DNA from: Octopus sinensis
Taxonomy: Eukaryota
DNA: 64,000 nt
Reading direction: 5' to 3'
NCBI RefSeq assembly: GCF_006345805.1
Contig: NC_043026.1
Location: 7,254,001 to 7,318,000, forward strand
The notes under the pieces were generated by a model, which had not been told where the DNA came from, searched no databases, and saw only the letters and a list, made by a program, of their open reading frames with translations. Both the position numbers and the translations under genes were made by a program. The first letter of the stretch is position 1; every line of letters starts with the position of its first letter. Positions 1 to 11,444 of the stretch are shown piece after piece.

Positions 1-320
1 CGTTAGGAAGGGCATCCAGCTGTAGAAACACTGCCAGATCAGACTGGGCCTGGTGCAGCCTTCAGGCTTCCCAGACCCCAATTGAACCGTCCAACCCACG
101 CTAGCATGGAAAACGGACGTTAAACGATGATGATGATGATTTTGAACCATTTACGTATCCTTGAGGGCACCAAAACCTTTTCAGTGCTTAGGGCCTCTTT
201 GGATCTTAATCCAGCCCTGAAGATAGGTGACATATTACAACAGAAATAACAACAACAATGTGTTCTTGTTGCCTCTTGAGATGAGATTCCTTAACATCTG
301 GTGTTTGTTTTGTATTTCAG

Positions 321-385
321 GGTCAACTTCCAAATCCCTCAAGGCATCAACAACTTCCACTACAGCCCACAGTTCAACCTGATTG
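321..385 (+). CDS. WDR49: WD40-repeat protein (WDR49/CFAP337-like), first internal exon in the window
   Basis: tttcag acceptor and gtgag donor; encodes VNFQIPQGINNFHYSPQFNLI; ends in phase 1, matching the next exon. Confidence 0.8.
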
Positions 386-589
386 GTGAGTTACAATTTT
401 GTGGTTGCAGCTTCTTCTCCCATCTGTACATATGTGCTTTTGCTTTTCTGGTCAGGATTAGAATTGTCCACACACACCATACACACATGCTCGTGTGTGT
501 GTGTGCACGTGTGTGTGTGTGTATCTATCTATCAGCCTGTCTCTCTCTCTCTCTCTATCTATCTAACTGTCTGGGTTTCTCGCACATAA

Positions 590-649
590 GGAGTCTGAAG
601 ATACATCGTAAGGCTAAAACCCTTATGAGCGAGAAACTCAGAGTAATCC
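590..649 (+). ncRNA. Degenerate hammerhead motif
   Basis: GGAgT-CTGAAGA-...TCGTAAGG-loop-CCTTATGA...-GAAA-CTCAGAG-TA-ATCC; same stem III as 61033; preceded by an inverted partial copy at about 570-591. Confidence 0.45.
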
Positions 650-1010
650 CGTGAAGCCGGCTTTGAGTCGAACCAGGGACAGCTTATGAAAGGGAATATT
701 CCTTGTATTGTTTGTCTTGTACTCTGTTTTTCGTTGTTAAAAAAAGTCCATTTCCTAGTTTGTTCTTATGTTTTCGTTTCTCGTTGAGTTCTATGTTTAT
801 TTGTGGTGTCCTGTACTCATATATATATATATATATATATATATCATCATCATCATCATTTAGCGTCCGTTCTCCATGCTAGCATGGGTTGGACGGTTCA
901 ACTGGGGTCTGGGGAGCCCGAAGGCTGCACCAGGCCAGTCAGATCTGGCAGTGTTTCTACAGCTGGATGCCCTTCTTAACGCCAACCACTCCGAGAGTGT
1001 AGTGGGTGAT

Positions 1011-1287
1011 TTTATGTGCCACCGACACAGGTGCCAGACGAGGCTGGCGAACGGCCACGCTCGGACGGTGTTTTTATGTGCCACCGACACAGGTTCCAGA
1101 CGAAGCTGGCGAACGGCCACGCTCGGACGGTGTTTTTATGTGCCACCGACACAGGTGCCAGACGAAGCTGGCGAACGGCCACGCTCGGACGGTGTTTTTA
1201 TGTGCCACCGACACAGGTGCCAGACGAAGCTGGCGAACGGCCACGCTCGGACGGTGTTTTTATGTGCCACCGACACAGGTGCCAGAT
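1011..1287. repeat. 62-bp tandem repeat, about 4.4 copies, inside a family C element
   Basis: atgtgccaccgacacagg recurs at 1014, 1076, 1138, 1200 and 1262. Confidence 0.95.
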
Positions 1288-4223
1288 GCATGTATATATA
1301 CATGTAGATGTAGGTATGTACATATATGTATGTGTGTATGCATATATTTTATTTATTAAATTATTGTATGACTGAGCGCGCTCATGTCGTTTCGTTTCAT
1401 TTCTTTTCTTCCAGTAAGTTTATATATATATATATATATATAAATTATATATATACATGTGTCCTCTTCTCTCTGGTTTTGTGTCCTGTCCATTCCACTT
1501 TGTCTTTTATATCACAGAAAGACATGATGGAATAGACGGGGCAAAACCAGAGAGAAGAGGAAATACGATGGACAGAAAGTTATTAAAAAGCTCACAGAAT
1601 GTGTGATGAAAGAACTAATAATAATTATAAAGCTAAAGTAAAAATCAAATAAACAGTGCGTGTATTTATCAACAAAATGATCGTCCCCAAATATAAAAAT
1701 ATCTATTTCAACACACGATTATACATCAAGAATTTTGCAAAACGAATACATAAATTATTATTGTTATTATTATTGGCGATGAAGAAAACAAAATGAAAAA
1801 TATTTTCGGAAAGTGATACGTAAAAAAAAATTCCAAAATCACTGCAGACCCTATTCGATCCCGGATCTCCTCTCACCAAAAGCTTGATGGTATATTAAAG
1901 TTTGCCTCCGTCACTGTTGCTGATAACGTGAACAGCTAAAGGGAGATAACTTCAGGCATTTTCATTTTGTTTCCTACAGTAGTTATTCCCCTTTCTTTTC
2001 TCTTTCCAGTTCTTTTTTTCTTTAGCTTTTTGGGCGATCAACTGGAAAGATCGATGACGCATGGAGGAGATTAACGATGCTGTCGACTACTCCTTTCCGT
2101 TTCTTTTGTTGTGAGTTTCTAATCGCGTCGATGGCAATGCTTTCGGTGATGTTGTCGATAAAATAAAATGGCATTCAACCGGATGATACAAGCGTGGCTG
2201 TGTGGTAGGAAGCTTGTTTACTAGCCACATGGTTCCGGGTTCAGTCCCACTGCGTGGCACCTCGGGCAAGTGTCTTCTGCTATAGCCCCGGGCCGACCAA
2301 TGCCTTGTGAGTGGATTTGGTAGACGGAAACTGAAAGAAGCCTGTCGTATATATATGTATATATACAAGTGTGTGTGTATGTGTTTGTGTTTTTGTGTTT
2401 GTCCCCCTAGCATTGCTTGACAACCGATGCTGGTGTGTTTACGTCCCCGTTACTTAGCGGTTCGGCAAAAGAGACCGATAGAATAAGTATGAGGCTTCCA
2501 AAGAATAAGTCCCGGGGTCGATTTGCTCGACTAAAGGCGGTGCTCCAGCATGGCTGCAGTCAAATGACTGAAACAAGTAAAAGAGTAAAAGAGAGAGTAT
2601 TCAAGCGGATGATACAAGCGTGGCTGTGTGGTAGGAAGCTTGCTTCCCGACCACATGGTTCCGGGTTCAGTCCCAATGCTTGGCACCTTGAACAAGTGTC
2701 GTCTATTGTAACCCTGGGAAGGCGTTGAGCAGAAAAGAAACGTTAGCACACCGGGCAAAATGCTTAGCAGTATTTCGTCTGTCGTTACGTTCTGAGTTCA
2801 AATTCCGCCGAGGTTGGCTTTGCTTTTCATTCTTTCAGGTAGATAAATTAAGTACCCGTTTCGCACTGGGGTCGATGTAATCAACTCAATCCCTTTGTCT
2901 GTCCTTGTTTGTCCTCTGTGTTTAGCCCTTTGTGGGCAATAAAGAAATATATTATAACCCTGGGAGGATCAAAGCCTTGTGAATGAATTTGGTTGATGAA
3001 ATCTGAAAGAAACCCGTTGTATGTATATGTGTGTGTGTGTGTTTGTCTGTGTTTGTCCTCCATGACTGCTTATCAAGCAGTGTTGGTGTGTTTACAGCCC
3101 TGTAACTTAGCAGTTCGGCAAAAGACAACTACAGAGTAAGTCGTTGTCATGTATTGTACGCCTGCTGTGCATTAATGATACACCAACAAAAGGTTTCCCA
3201 AGTGGTAAGTAGCTTGTTTACCAACCACATGGTTCTGGGTTCAGTCTCACTGCGTGGCACCTTGGGCAAGTGTCTTCTACTATAGCCTCGGGCTGACCAA
3301 AGCCTTGTGAGTGGATTTGGAAGACGGAAACTGAAAGAAGCTCGTCGTATATATATATATATATATGCGTTTGTGTGTCTGTGTTTGTCCCTCTAGCATT
3401 GCTTGACAACCGATGCTGGTGTGTTTACATCCCCGTTACCTAGCGGTTCGGCAATAGAGACCGATAGAATAAGTACTGGGCTTACAAAAGAATAAGTCCC
3501 GGGGTTGAGTTGCTCGATTAAAGGCGGTGCTCCAGCATGGCCGCAGTCAAATGACTGAAACAAGTAAAAGAGTAAAGAGTAAGCGTGCATTCTCCAGCTG
3601 CTTTACCATTCTTGTTCAATTAGTGCTTGATCTTGACCATTCATTGTAACCTTTGCCTGCCCCTTGGTCGACTTCCTTGCTCTACTCTTCCTTCCATGGT
3701 AATGTTTTCCATACAAAAATGGATGTGAATATATAAGAGTTCGAAACCTCTCATTTTCTTCTTCTGTCAAAGAAAATGTTCAAAGAAAGATGGTTGCATG
3801 TTGCGAGGGTGCTGGGAATGAAAGATTCCTCGTGAACATGTCATAAGTCATACAAAAGTTTCAGTAGGAGAATGGGGCTCGTGGGGTTGGAGCGTAAGCC
3901 ATCTCCCTGCTTCATCTCATGTCTGTATTTCGTCCTTGTTGTATCTCATTCGATTTCATTCGATTTCATTATATTTTGTAAAATTTTAAAAGTCATATAA
4001 TCATTGTGTGTCTGACCCCAATCAGGCTGTATTGTCCCTCTCTATGTTTGGGCCCTTGTGGCTAATAAAGAAATTGGATGTGAATATATAAGAGTTGTAC
4101 AAATGTGGTTACATCTTCTGTGATTGATGCTGAAACAGAAGAGAGTAAGAAATGCTCCTGTAGAGGTAGCAGTAATGGGTAAAAGCAAAGTGAGCTCGCC
4201 GTCCTCATTGCCTGGGTCTGCCC

Positions 4224-4295
4224 AAAAGAGGGAACAGCGAAAAGAGGGAGCAGCGAAAAGAGGGAGCAGCGAAAAGAGGGAGCAGCGAAAAGAGA
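4224..4295. repeat. 16-bp tandem repeat, about 4 copies
   Basis: unit AAAAGAGGGAGCAGCG. Confidence 0.9.
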
Positions 4296-4721
4296 GGAAG
4301 ATGCTTGACTGTCTAGGGTTTTTATACCACCCAAGTGGCAATGTCATTGCAGTGCCACCTACTGATGACAGAACGAGGGAGCATAACTCTGCCCGGTTCC
4401 TTTTAGCCTTTAAGGCCCTTGTTATACCACTCCCCCATTTGAGGAGGGGAACGTGTGTCACAAGATGAAAAGTTAGAGTTTGACAGAGACAGATTTTCTT
4501 TTATTCTTTTATATCTTTCAGTCATTTGACTGCGGCCATGCTGGAGCACCGCCTTTAGTCGAGCAAATCAACCCCAAGACTTATTCTTTGTAAGCCCAGT
4601 ACTTATTCTATCGGTCTCTTTTGCCAAATCGCTAAGTTACGTGAACGTAAACACACCAACATCAGTTGTCAAGTGATGGTGGGGGACAAACACAGATACA
4701 CAAACACACATATATATGTAT

Positions 4722-4780
<59 letters not shown>

Positions 4781-4827
4781 CTATGTATATATATATATGT
4801 ATGTATATATATGTATATATATTTATC

Positions 4828-4893
<66 letters not shown>

Positions 4894-5040
4894 GAAAGGT
4901 TTCTTTCAGTTTCCATCTACCAAATCCACTCGGCCTGAGTCTATAGTAGAAGACGCTTGCCCAAGATTCCTCACAGTGGGACTGAACCCAGAACCATGTG
5001 GTTGGGAAACAAGCTTCTTATCACTCAGCCACTCCAAAAA

Positions 5041-5330
5041 GTGATTCTGATCGGAGTTTGTTCCTTAAAAGCAGTCTTCAAACTGATAATTTAGGGGTTT
5101 TTTTACTGCTTAAACAGGGAGCTTATGCATGTATATGTCTTTGTGTGTGTACATCTCTCTTTGTATATAAGTGTGCTTATGTATGGGTATATGTATATAT
5201 GTGTATGTGTGGGTGTTGGTGTTTGTACATGCATCTGCTTACAATCAAAAACTCCCTATTTAAGTGGTAAAAACTCTAAATTATCAGTTTGAAGATTGCT
5301 TTCAAGTGAGAAACTTTGATCAGAGTCACA
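5041..5330. mobile_element. MITE-like element with imperfect inverted arms of about 80 bp
   Basis: gtgattctgatcggagttt...cttaaacagggag is mirrored by ctccctatttaag...aaactttgatcagagtcac; the arm also occurs inverted at 10444-10525. Confidence 0.6.
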
Positions 5331-6196
5331 TTCTGTAAACATCCAACTATTAAACAGGAACAATTATCAGAAAAGCCATTTCTATTCATTTTTTCAAATA
5401 TACCTGTGCCGGTGTCACATAAAAAGCACCATCCGAACGTGGCCGATGCCAGCACTGCCTTGACTGGCTTCTGTGCCAGTGGTACGTGACCTGCCGTGCT
5501 TGAGGAGACCTATTGAGTCAAGTACATCAACATCAAAATAAATATCAAATGGAAATTGTAGTTATGATACATGTGCCAGTGGCACATAAAAAGCACCATC
5601 CGAACGTGGGAGATCCCAGCCTCCTCTGGCCCCTGTGCCGGTGGCACGTAAAAAGCACCCACTACACTCACGGAGTGGTTGGCGTTAGGAAGGGCTTTCA
5701 GCTGTAGAAACACAGCCAGATCAGACTGGAGCCTAGTGCAGCCTCCTGGCTTCCCAGACCCTGGTCAAACTGTCCAACCCATGCTAGCATGGAAAACAGA
5801 CGTTAAATGATGATGATGTATGAACCGATTGTATGCAGGAATAAACTTCTTACAACTTTTTAACATCTTATCTTATCCATTTTTGACAAATATGATTGTA
5901 TTTATAGAACTTCATTCTTTAAATTAATCATATGCTTAATATACTAATTCTTATTATATTATACATGTATAGCACCCACTACACTCTTGGAATGGTTGGC
6001 GTTAGGAAGAGCATCCAGCTGTAGAAACAGTCAGATCAGATTGCAGCTGCTGGCTCTCCAGACCTCAGTCAAACCACCCAACCCATGCTAGCATGGAAAA
6101 TGGACATTAAACAATGATGATGATGATGATGATATATATATATATATATATATATATAAATGAAAAGAATGGAGTCGAATGAAGATTTTAACAAAA

Positions 6197-6295
6197 TTCC
6201 TTTACTTTCGACATATGTTTCGAAGACTGCATACTCTTAATTCCGAAGGAATGAAGGTTGCATTATGCCGTCTTCTCATCAGGAAATACAAGGAA
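6197..6295 (-). ncRNA. Type I hammerhead ribozyme, canonical core
   Basis: - strand: TTCCTTgtaTTTC-CTGATGA-GAAGAC...GTCTTC-GAAA-CATATG-TC-GAAAgtaAAGGAA; all core bases present, three stems, GUC cleavage triplet. Confidence 0.85.
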
Positions 6296-6451
6296 CCTCT
6301 ATCAGCCTATAAAAAAACACACAAATTTCCACACACGAACACGGGGTTCTGCCCTTGGCATGTAACTTCAACCGTGTTTTACTGACGTGAATTTGCTACC
6401 CAGATATCGATTAACCGAATTATCCATACTAGGATAATTCATTCACCTACT

Positions 6452-6486
<35 letters not shown>

Positions 6487-7111
6487 TAAAATGAGACAAC
6501 AAATCCAAGGCGATGTGGAATTTTTAGGACATTTATAAAGAGAAAGTGCCACACAGCGGGACTGAACCTGGAATCCTGTTTGTGTGTGTGTGTGTGTGTA
6601 TAGAGTGTTTGAAGTGGTGTACACATATTGTATATTGAGAAAAAGGTGTTAGAATTTTAGATAATTCTTTTTTTAACCAACTGAAATTACATGAGAAAGC
6701 ATTTTTATTTTTATCTTTTCTCTCCTTTTTTCTTCTTCTTTTTTTCTTTTTTTACATTTTCCTTTGTATACCTATCAACGCATTTTTTCACAAGGTCTCA
6801 TTGACCTTTCAAGATGTCAACTTCAGGAAGTACAATGGGAAAGAAAAGAAAAGAGAGGCGGGAGCGGCAGTCGTCACCAAAAAACAAACAAACAAAACAT
6901 TCCTATGGGAATGTATATTCCTTTACACTTGTATAGCCAAGGCCCATATTCTGTGTAATTTCAACTTTTGTACAAACAGAGATGAAATATTTGTGCAACA
7001 TTCATAAATTAGGAAACTAAAGTCAGTTCTGTTTATAATTTAACCTATTCTCTGTCTACATCTAATCAAACATCATCAATGAGTTGTGTATTGACATATA
7101 TATATTGTCTA

Positions 7112-7496
7112 GTGGAGGCGCAATGGCCCAGTGGTTAGGGCAGCGGACTCGCGGTCATAGGATCGTGGTTTCGATTCCCAGACCGGGTGTTGTGAGTGTT
7201 TATTGAGCGAAAACACCTAAAGCTCCACGAGGCTCCGGCAGGGGGTGGTGGTGATCCCTGCTGTACTCTTTCACCACAACTTTCTCTCACTCTTACTTCC
7301 TGTTTCTGTTGTACCTGTATTTCAAAGGGCCGGCCTTGTCACTCTCTGTGTCACGCTGAATATCCCCAAGAACTACGTTAAGGGTACACATGTCTGTGGA
7401 GTGCTCAGCCACTTACACATTAATTTCACGAGCAGGCTGTTCCGTTGATTCGGATCAACCGGAACCCTCGTCGTCGTAACCGACGGAGTGCTTCCA
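7112..7496 (+). mobile_element. tRNA-derived SINE family D; related head at 63304-63520
   Basis: GGCGCAATGGCCCAGTGGTTAGGGCAGCGGACTCGCGGTC...GGTTTCGATTCCC tRNA-like head followed by a non-tRNA body. Confidence 0.8.
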
Positions 7497-7737
7497 TATT
7501 GTCTATTTAGCTGGAAGCCACTCTGTACGATATAAATTATATAACAAAGCAGGGCCTACTTAAATATATTTTTAAGTATCTGTCGTCCTTTTGAATGATT
7601 TATTTTTGTTTTTCCTGCTTGTTTCGATAAGAGAATTAAAAAGAGATCCTTTTCACACGAATAGCTACATTAAATATGTTTCCTAATCAGTGAGAAAATG
7701 TAGTCCTAGATCTACGTAAGTTCTATAAGAACAACAG

Positions 7738-7998
7738 TTGTCTAACACACGTGGACATGCCTACAAAGTCAGAAAACAATACAGCTCCCATGACTTTCGG
7801 AAACATTTTTTCACGCTCAGAGTTGCTGAAGCATGGAATAAACTGCCTGCGTCAGTTGTTGACTGCCATGACACTGCATCTTTTAAGGCCCTCATGCTTT
7901 CCGAAATCCGCCGAAACTTCACCTGATTATATATACACTTTAGATGAGTTGTAGTGCACCTGAGCACTGTACACAATTATTATTATTATTATTATTAT
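7738..7998 (+). mobile_element. CR1-like LINE 3' end
   Basis: SNTRGHAYKVRKQYSSHDFRKHFFTLRVAEAWNKLPASVV followed by an (ATT)n tail. Confidence 0.85.
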
Positions 7999-8182
7999 TA
8001 AAAATCCCAATGTTATATGTAAATTCTCGGAGTGGTTGGCGTTAGGAAGGGCATCCAGCTGTAGAAACACTGCCAGATCTGACTGGACTGGTGCAGCTTT
8101 CGGGCTCCCCAGACCCCAGTTGAACCGTCCAACCCATGCTAGCATGGAAAGCGGACGTTAAATGATGATGATGATGATGATG

Positions 8183-8427
8183 ATAATCAAGAAAAAAGCA
8201 ACAAGAATGGATCGGTAGATTAGTACAATTGTTTCATACTATAAACATTTTATTTCAAGCTGCAAATATTACTGCAAATATAATGTCAAGTATTCATCAG
8301 CTAATTTAGCTGATGAATACTTGACATTATATTTGCTGTAATATTTGCAGCTTGAAATTAAATGTTTATAGTATGAAACAATTGTACTAATCTACCGATC
8401 CATTCTTGTTGCTTTTTTCTTGGTTAT
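8183..8427. repeat. Near-perfect 245-bp palindrome centred at 8305
   Basis: ataatcaagaaaaaagcaacaagaatggatcgg... is mirrored by ...ccgatccattcttgttgcttttttcttggttat, with a 1-nt spacer and few mismatches. Confidence 0.95.
8306..8390 (+). ncRNA. Type I hammerhead motif, mirrored on the - strand at 8220-8304
   Basis: TTAG-CTGATGA-ATAC...GTAT-GAAA-CAATTG-TA-CTAA. Confidence 0.7.
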
Positions 8428-8761
8428 AATCACCCCACATAATTTATGGTTAATACCATAAAGAATCTTGGTGCATCTAAGTTAAGTACCATATTCATTT
8501 GAATTCATTTGAATTCTTTTGAATCTTAATTATTTTTGCTGAAATTATATTTATATACATATATATATACACCCACCATCGCTTGACAACCAATTTTGGT
8601 GTGCTTATGTTCACCGTAACTTAACGGTTCAGCGAAAGAGACCGATAGAATAAGTACTAGGCTTACAAAGTCTAAGTCCTGGGGTTGATTGGTTTGACTA
8701 AAGGCAGTGCTCTAGCATAACCACAGTCATGTGAAAGAATAAAAGGGAATATATATAGATA

Positions 8762-9273
8762 CTGTAAATCCTTGAGTATAGTCCGCCCTTGAGTATAATA
8801 CGCAGGGGATTTTTAGGGGGCTGTATCTCTGAAAAATCTAAACCTTGTGTATAATACGCACCCCTTCTCTAACTTGAGTCAAGGAGGTCTATATAATGTC
8901 CTTGGTTTGTAAAAATGTATACGGTAATGTCCTTTATTATTATTGTATATATAACATAATGCAAACGTGTAGCTTTTTTGTGCATTTTGTTTGCAGAAAA
9001 TAAAGAAATAACAGTAATAACGTTTAATAAATGTTGCTTATTGCAAGTTATGGATGATCCTTTTATGACTTCATTGCTTTCAGGCTTAGCTTAAGGTATT
9101 TTCATGCCCAACATCACAAAATGTGTCTGAATAAACATTGCCGGACAGCAAATAGAGACTCGGACATTGCTTAGAAAATAATTTTCATTTTTAACCTTGT
9201 ATATAGCACGCACTAGGGATTTTGACCTTTAAATTTTGGGGAAAAAATGCGGATTATACTCGAGGATTTACAG
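8762..9273. mobile_element. Tc1/mariner-pogo superfamily MITE
   Basis: TA|CTGTAAATCCTTGAGTATAGTCCGC...GCGGATTATACTCGAGGATTTACAG|TA; about 25-bp TIRs, TA TSD, no ORF. Confidence 0.85.
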
Positions 9274-10109
9274 TATATATATCTGACCATTTATAGAGAC
9301 GATATTAAGATTGGAGCCACATTAGGAAACAAAGTTTTAATGTAATGTAAAAGTTTTCTTTTCAAACAATATCATTACAATTAAAAAAAAATAATAAAAA
9401 AATACTGCAGTAAAATGACCATGAACTATTTTGACAGACACCAAAAAAACCATCCAGCACACATTATACATGCATATATATATGTGTGTATATATATATA
9501 TCATCATCATCATCATCTCCGTTTAGTGTCTGCTTTCCATGCTAGCATGGGTTGGATGGTTCAACTGGGGTCTGGGAAGCCAGAAAGCTGCACCAGGCCC
9601 AGTCTGATCTGGCAATGTTTCTACAGCTGTTTGCCCTTCCTAACACCAACCACTCTGAGAGTGGGTGCTTTTTACATGCCACCGGCACAGGTGCCAGACG
9701 AGGCTATATATGTATACATATATATATATATAGATAGATACGTGTATATATGTATATATACATATATACATATATATATATATATCGTCCAACCCATACT
9801 AGCATGGAAAGCGGACGTTAAACGATGATGATGATATATATACACATATATACATCTAGCACACTTTATACATATATATATATATTTATACGTGTGTATG
9901 TATGTATCAATGTATTTAACACCTTGAATATCAAAATAGCTTAAACAAGACACACAACTCTATGTGTGAATACATCAATTTATATAACTGCATCAGCTAG
10001 TATACACTTAATGTTTATATAATATTTTTCTCCCTTTTGGTTTGACCTCTGACCTCTATTATGACCACCACCCCTTAACATAAATCCTCTCCCTTCTTTT
10101 TTTTTGTAG

Positions 10110-10174
10110 CTACAGCTGGGGTCAACCACAAGATCTGTCTCTGGAACCCTTATGTGAAGTCCAAACCCAATGGG
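10110..10174 (+). CDS. WDR49: WDR49-like exon 2
   Basis: polypyrimidine tract plus tag acceptor, gtaagt donor; ATAGVNHKICLWNPYVKSKPNG resembles the WDR49 ATAG..N.KVCLWNPYV.SKP motif as I recall it. Confidence 0.88.
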
Positions 10175-10788
10175 GTAAGTATTGTCACTACTACCACCAC
10201 CACCACTACCACCACTACCACTACTACTACTACTACTTACCACCACCACCACCATCATCAGTCGACCTTTGATCAAATGTGTTACAGTCATAACCATCCT
10301 AACTTTTATTCAGGCATAGTGTATCTCGGACTACAATATGTAAACTCGCACATCCTTCATTCTTTTTCTTATCCACAATGACATATACATGCATATATGT
10401 GTGAATGTTGGTGTCTATCTGTGTGTGGATCCTTGTAACCAAAAGCTCCCTGTTTAAGCAGTAAAAAAAAAAACTCTAAATTAAAAGACTGCTTTTAAGC
10501 AACAAACTCCAATCAGAATCACTTTTTGGAGTGGCTGTGTGGTAAGAAGCTTGCTTCCCAACCACATGGTTCTGGGTTCAGTCCTACTGCGTGGTGCCTT
10601 GGGCAAGTGTCTTCTATTGTAGCCTCAGGTCGACCAAAGCCTTGTGAGTGGATTTGGCTGATGGAAACTGAAAGAAGCCTGCTGTATATATATTATATAT
10701 GTGTGTGTGTGTGTGTGCGTGTGTGTGTGTATTTGTGTGTCTATGTTTGTCCCCCCTCCTACTATCACTTGACAACTGATGTTGGTGT

Positions 10789-11149
10789 ACATTATTTACA
10801 TTTGACAGATATTTGTCCTCATCTTGTTTGTTGTTAACATAACGTTTCAGCTGATGTACCCTCCAGCCTTCATCAGGTGTCTTGGGAAAATTTCAGACCT
10901 GGGTTCTCATTCCTAAGGTATTTTTCGATGTTATTCTTATTAGTATTATTCAGCTCACTGCCTGGAATCGAAGTAGAAATCTTGGGGTTAGTAGCCCATG
11001 CTCTTAACCCAGGTTTGAAATTTCCTCAAGACACCTGATGAAAACTGGAGGGTATATCAGCCGAAACGTTGTATTAACAACCAGCAAGGTGAGGACAAAT
11101 ATCCGTCAGATGTAAATAATGTAAATAATTTCTCATCTCTTAAGTATAG
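10789..11149. mobile_element. Foldback non-autonomous retroelement with a tRNA-like head and two inverted minimal hammerheads, inserted into a SINE with a 15-bp TSD
   Basis: TSD aactgatgttggtgt at 10774-10788 and 11150-11164; hammerhead motifs at 10836-10881 (-) and about 11030-11075 (+); GGTTAAGAGC...CTTCGATTCC A/B-box-like head on - at about 10956-11010. Confidence 0.7.
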
Positions 11150-11444
11150 AACTGATGTTGGTGTGTTTACATACCTGTAACTCAGCAGTTTGGCAATAGA
11201 GACTGATAGAATAAGTACTAGGCTTACAAAGAATAAGTCCTTAAAGGCGGTGCTCCAGCATTCACCATCATAGATCGCTAACCACTACACATTCTTAATT
11301 TTCTCTCCTTGTTTCTTTCTGTGGAAGAGCATAGGCTTGAAACGTTAAAGACTTCTTCACTTCCCAAGCATTAAACTAATACATCTGTTTGTTTTATACA
11401 CCTTCTGTCTTCATCTTTTTTTTTTTTTGTGAATTTTCCACTAT

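Noticed and set aside
876-1375. Overlapping ORFs recurring across the window ([29 protein letters not shown])
   Set aside because: Spurious translations of high-copy SINE families.
7112-7185. Possible tRNA gene
   Set aside because: It has A/B boxes but no closing acceptor stem or terminator, and it continues into a SINE body.
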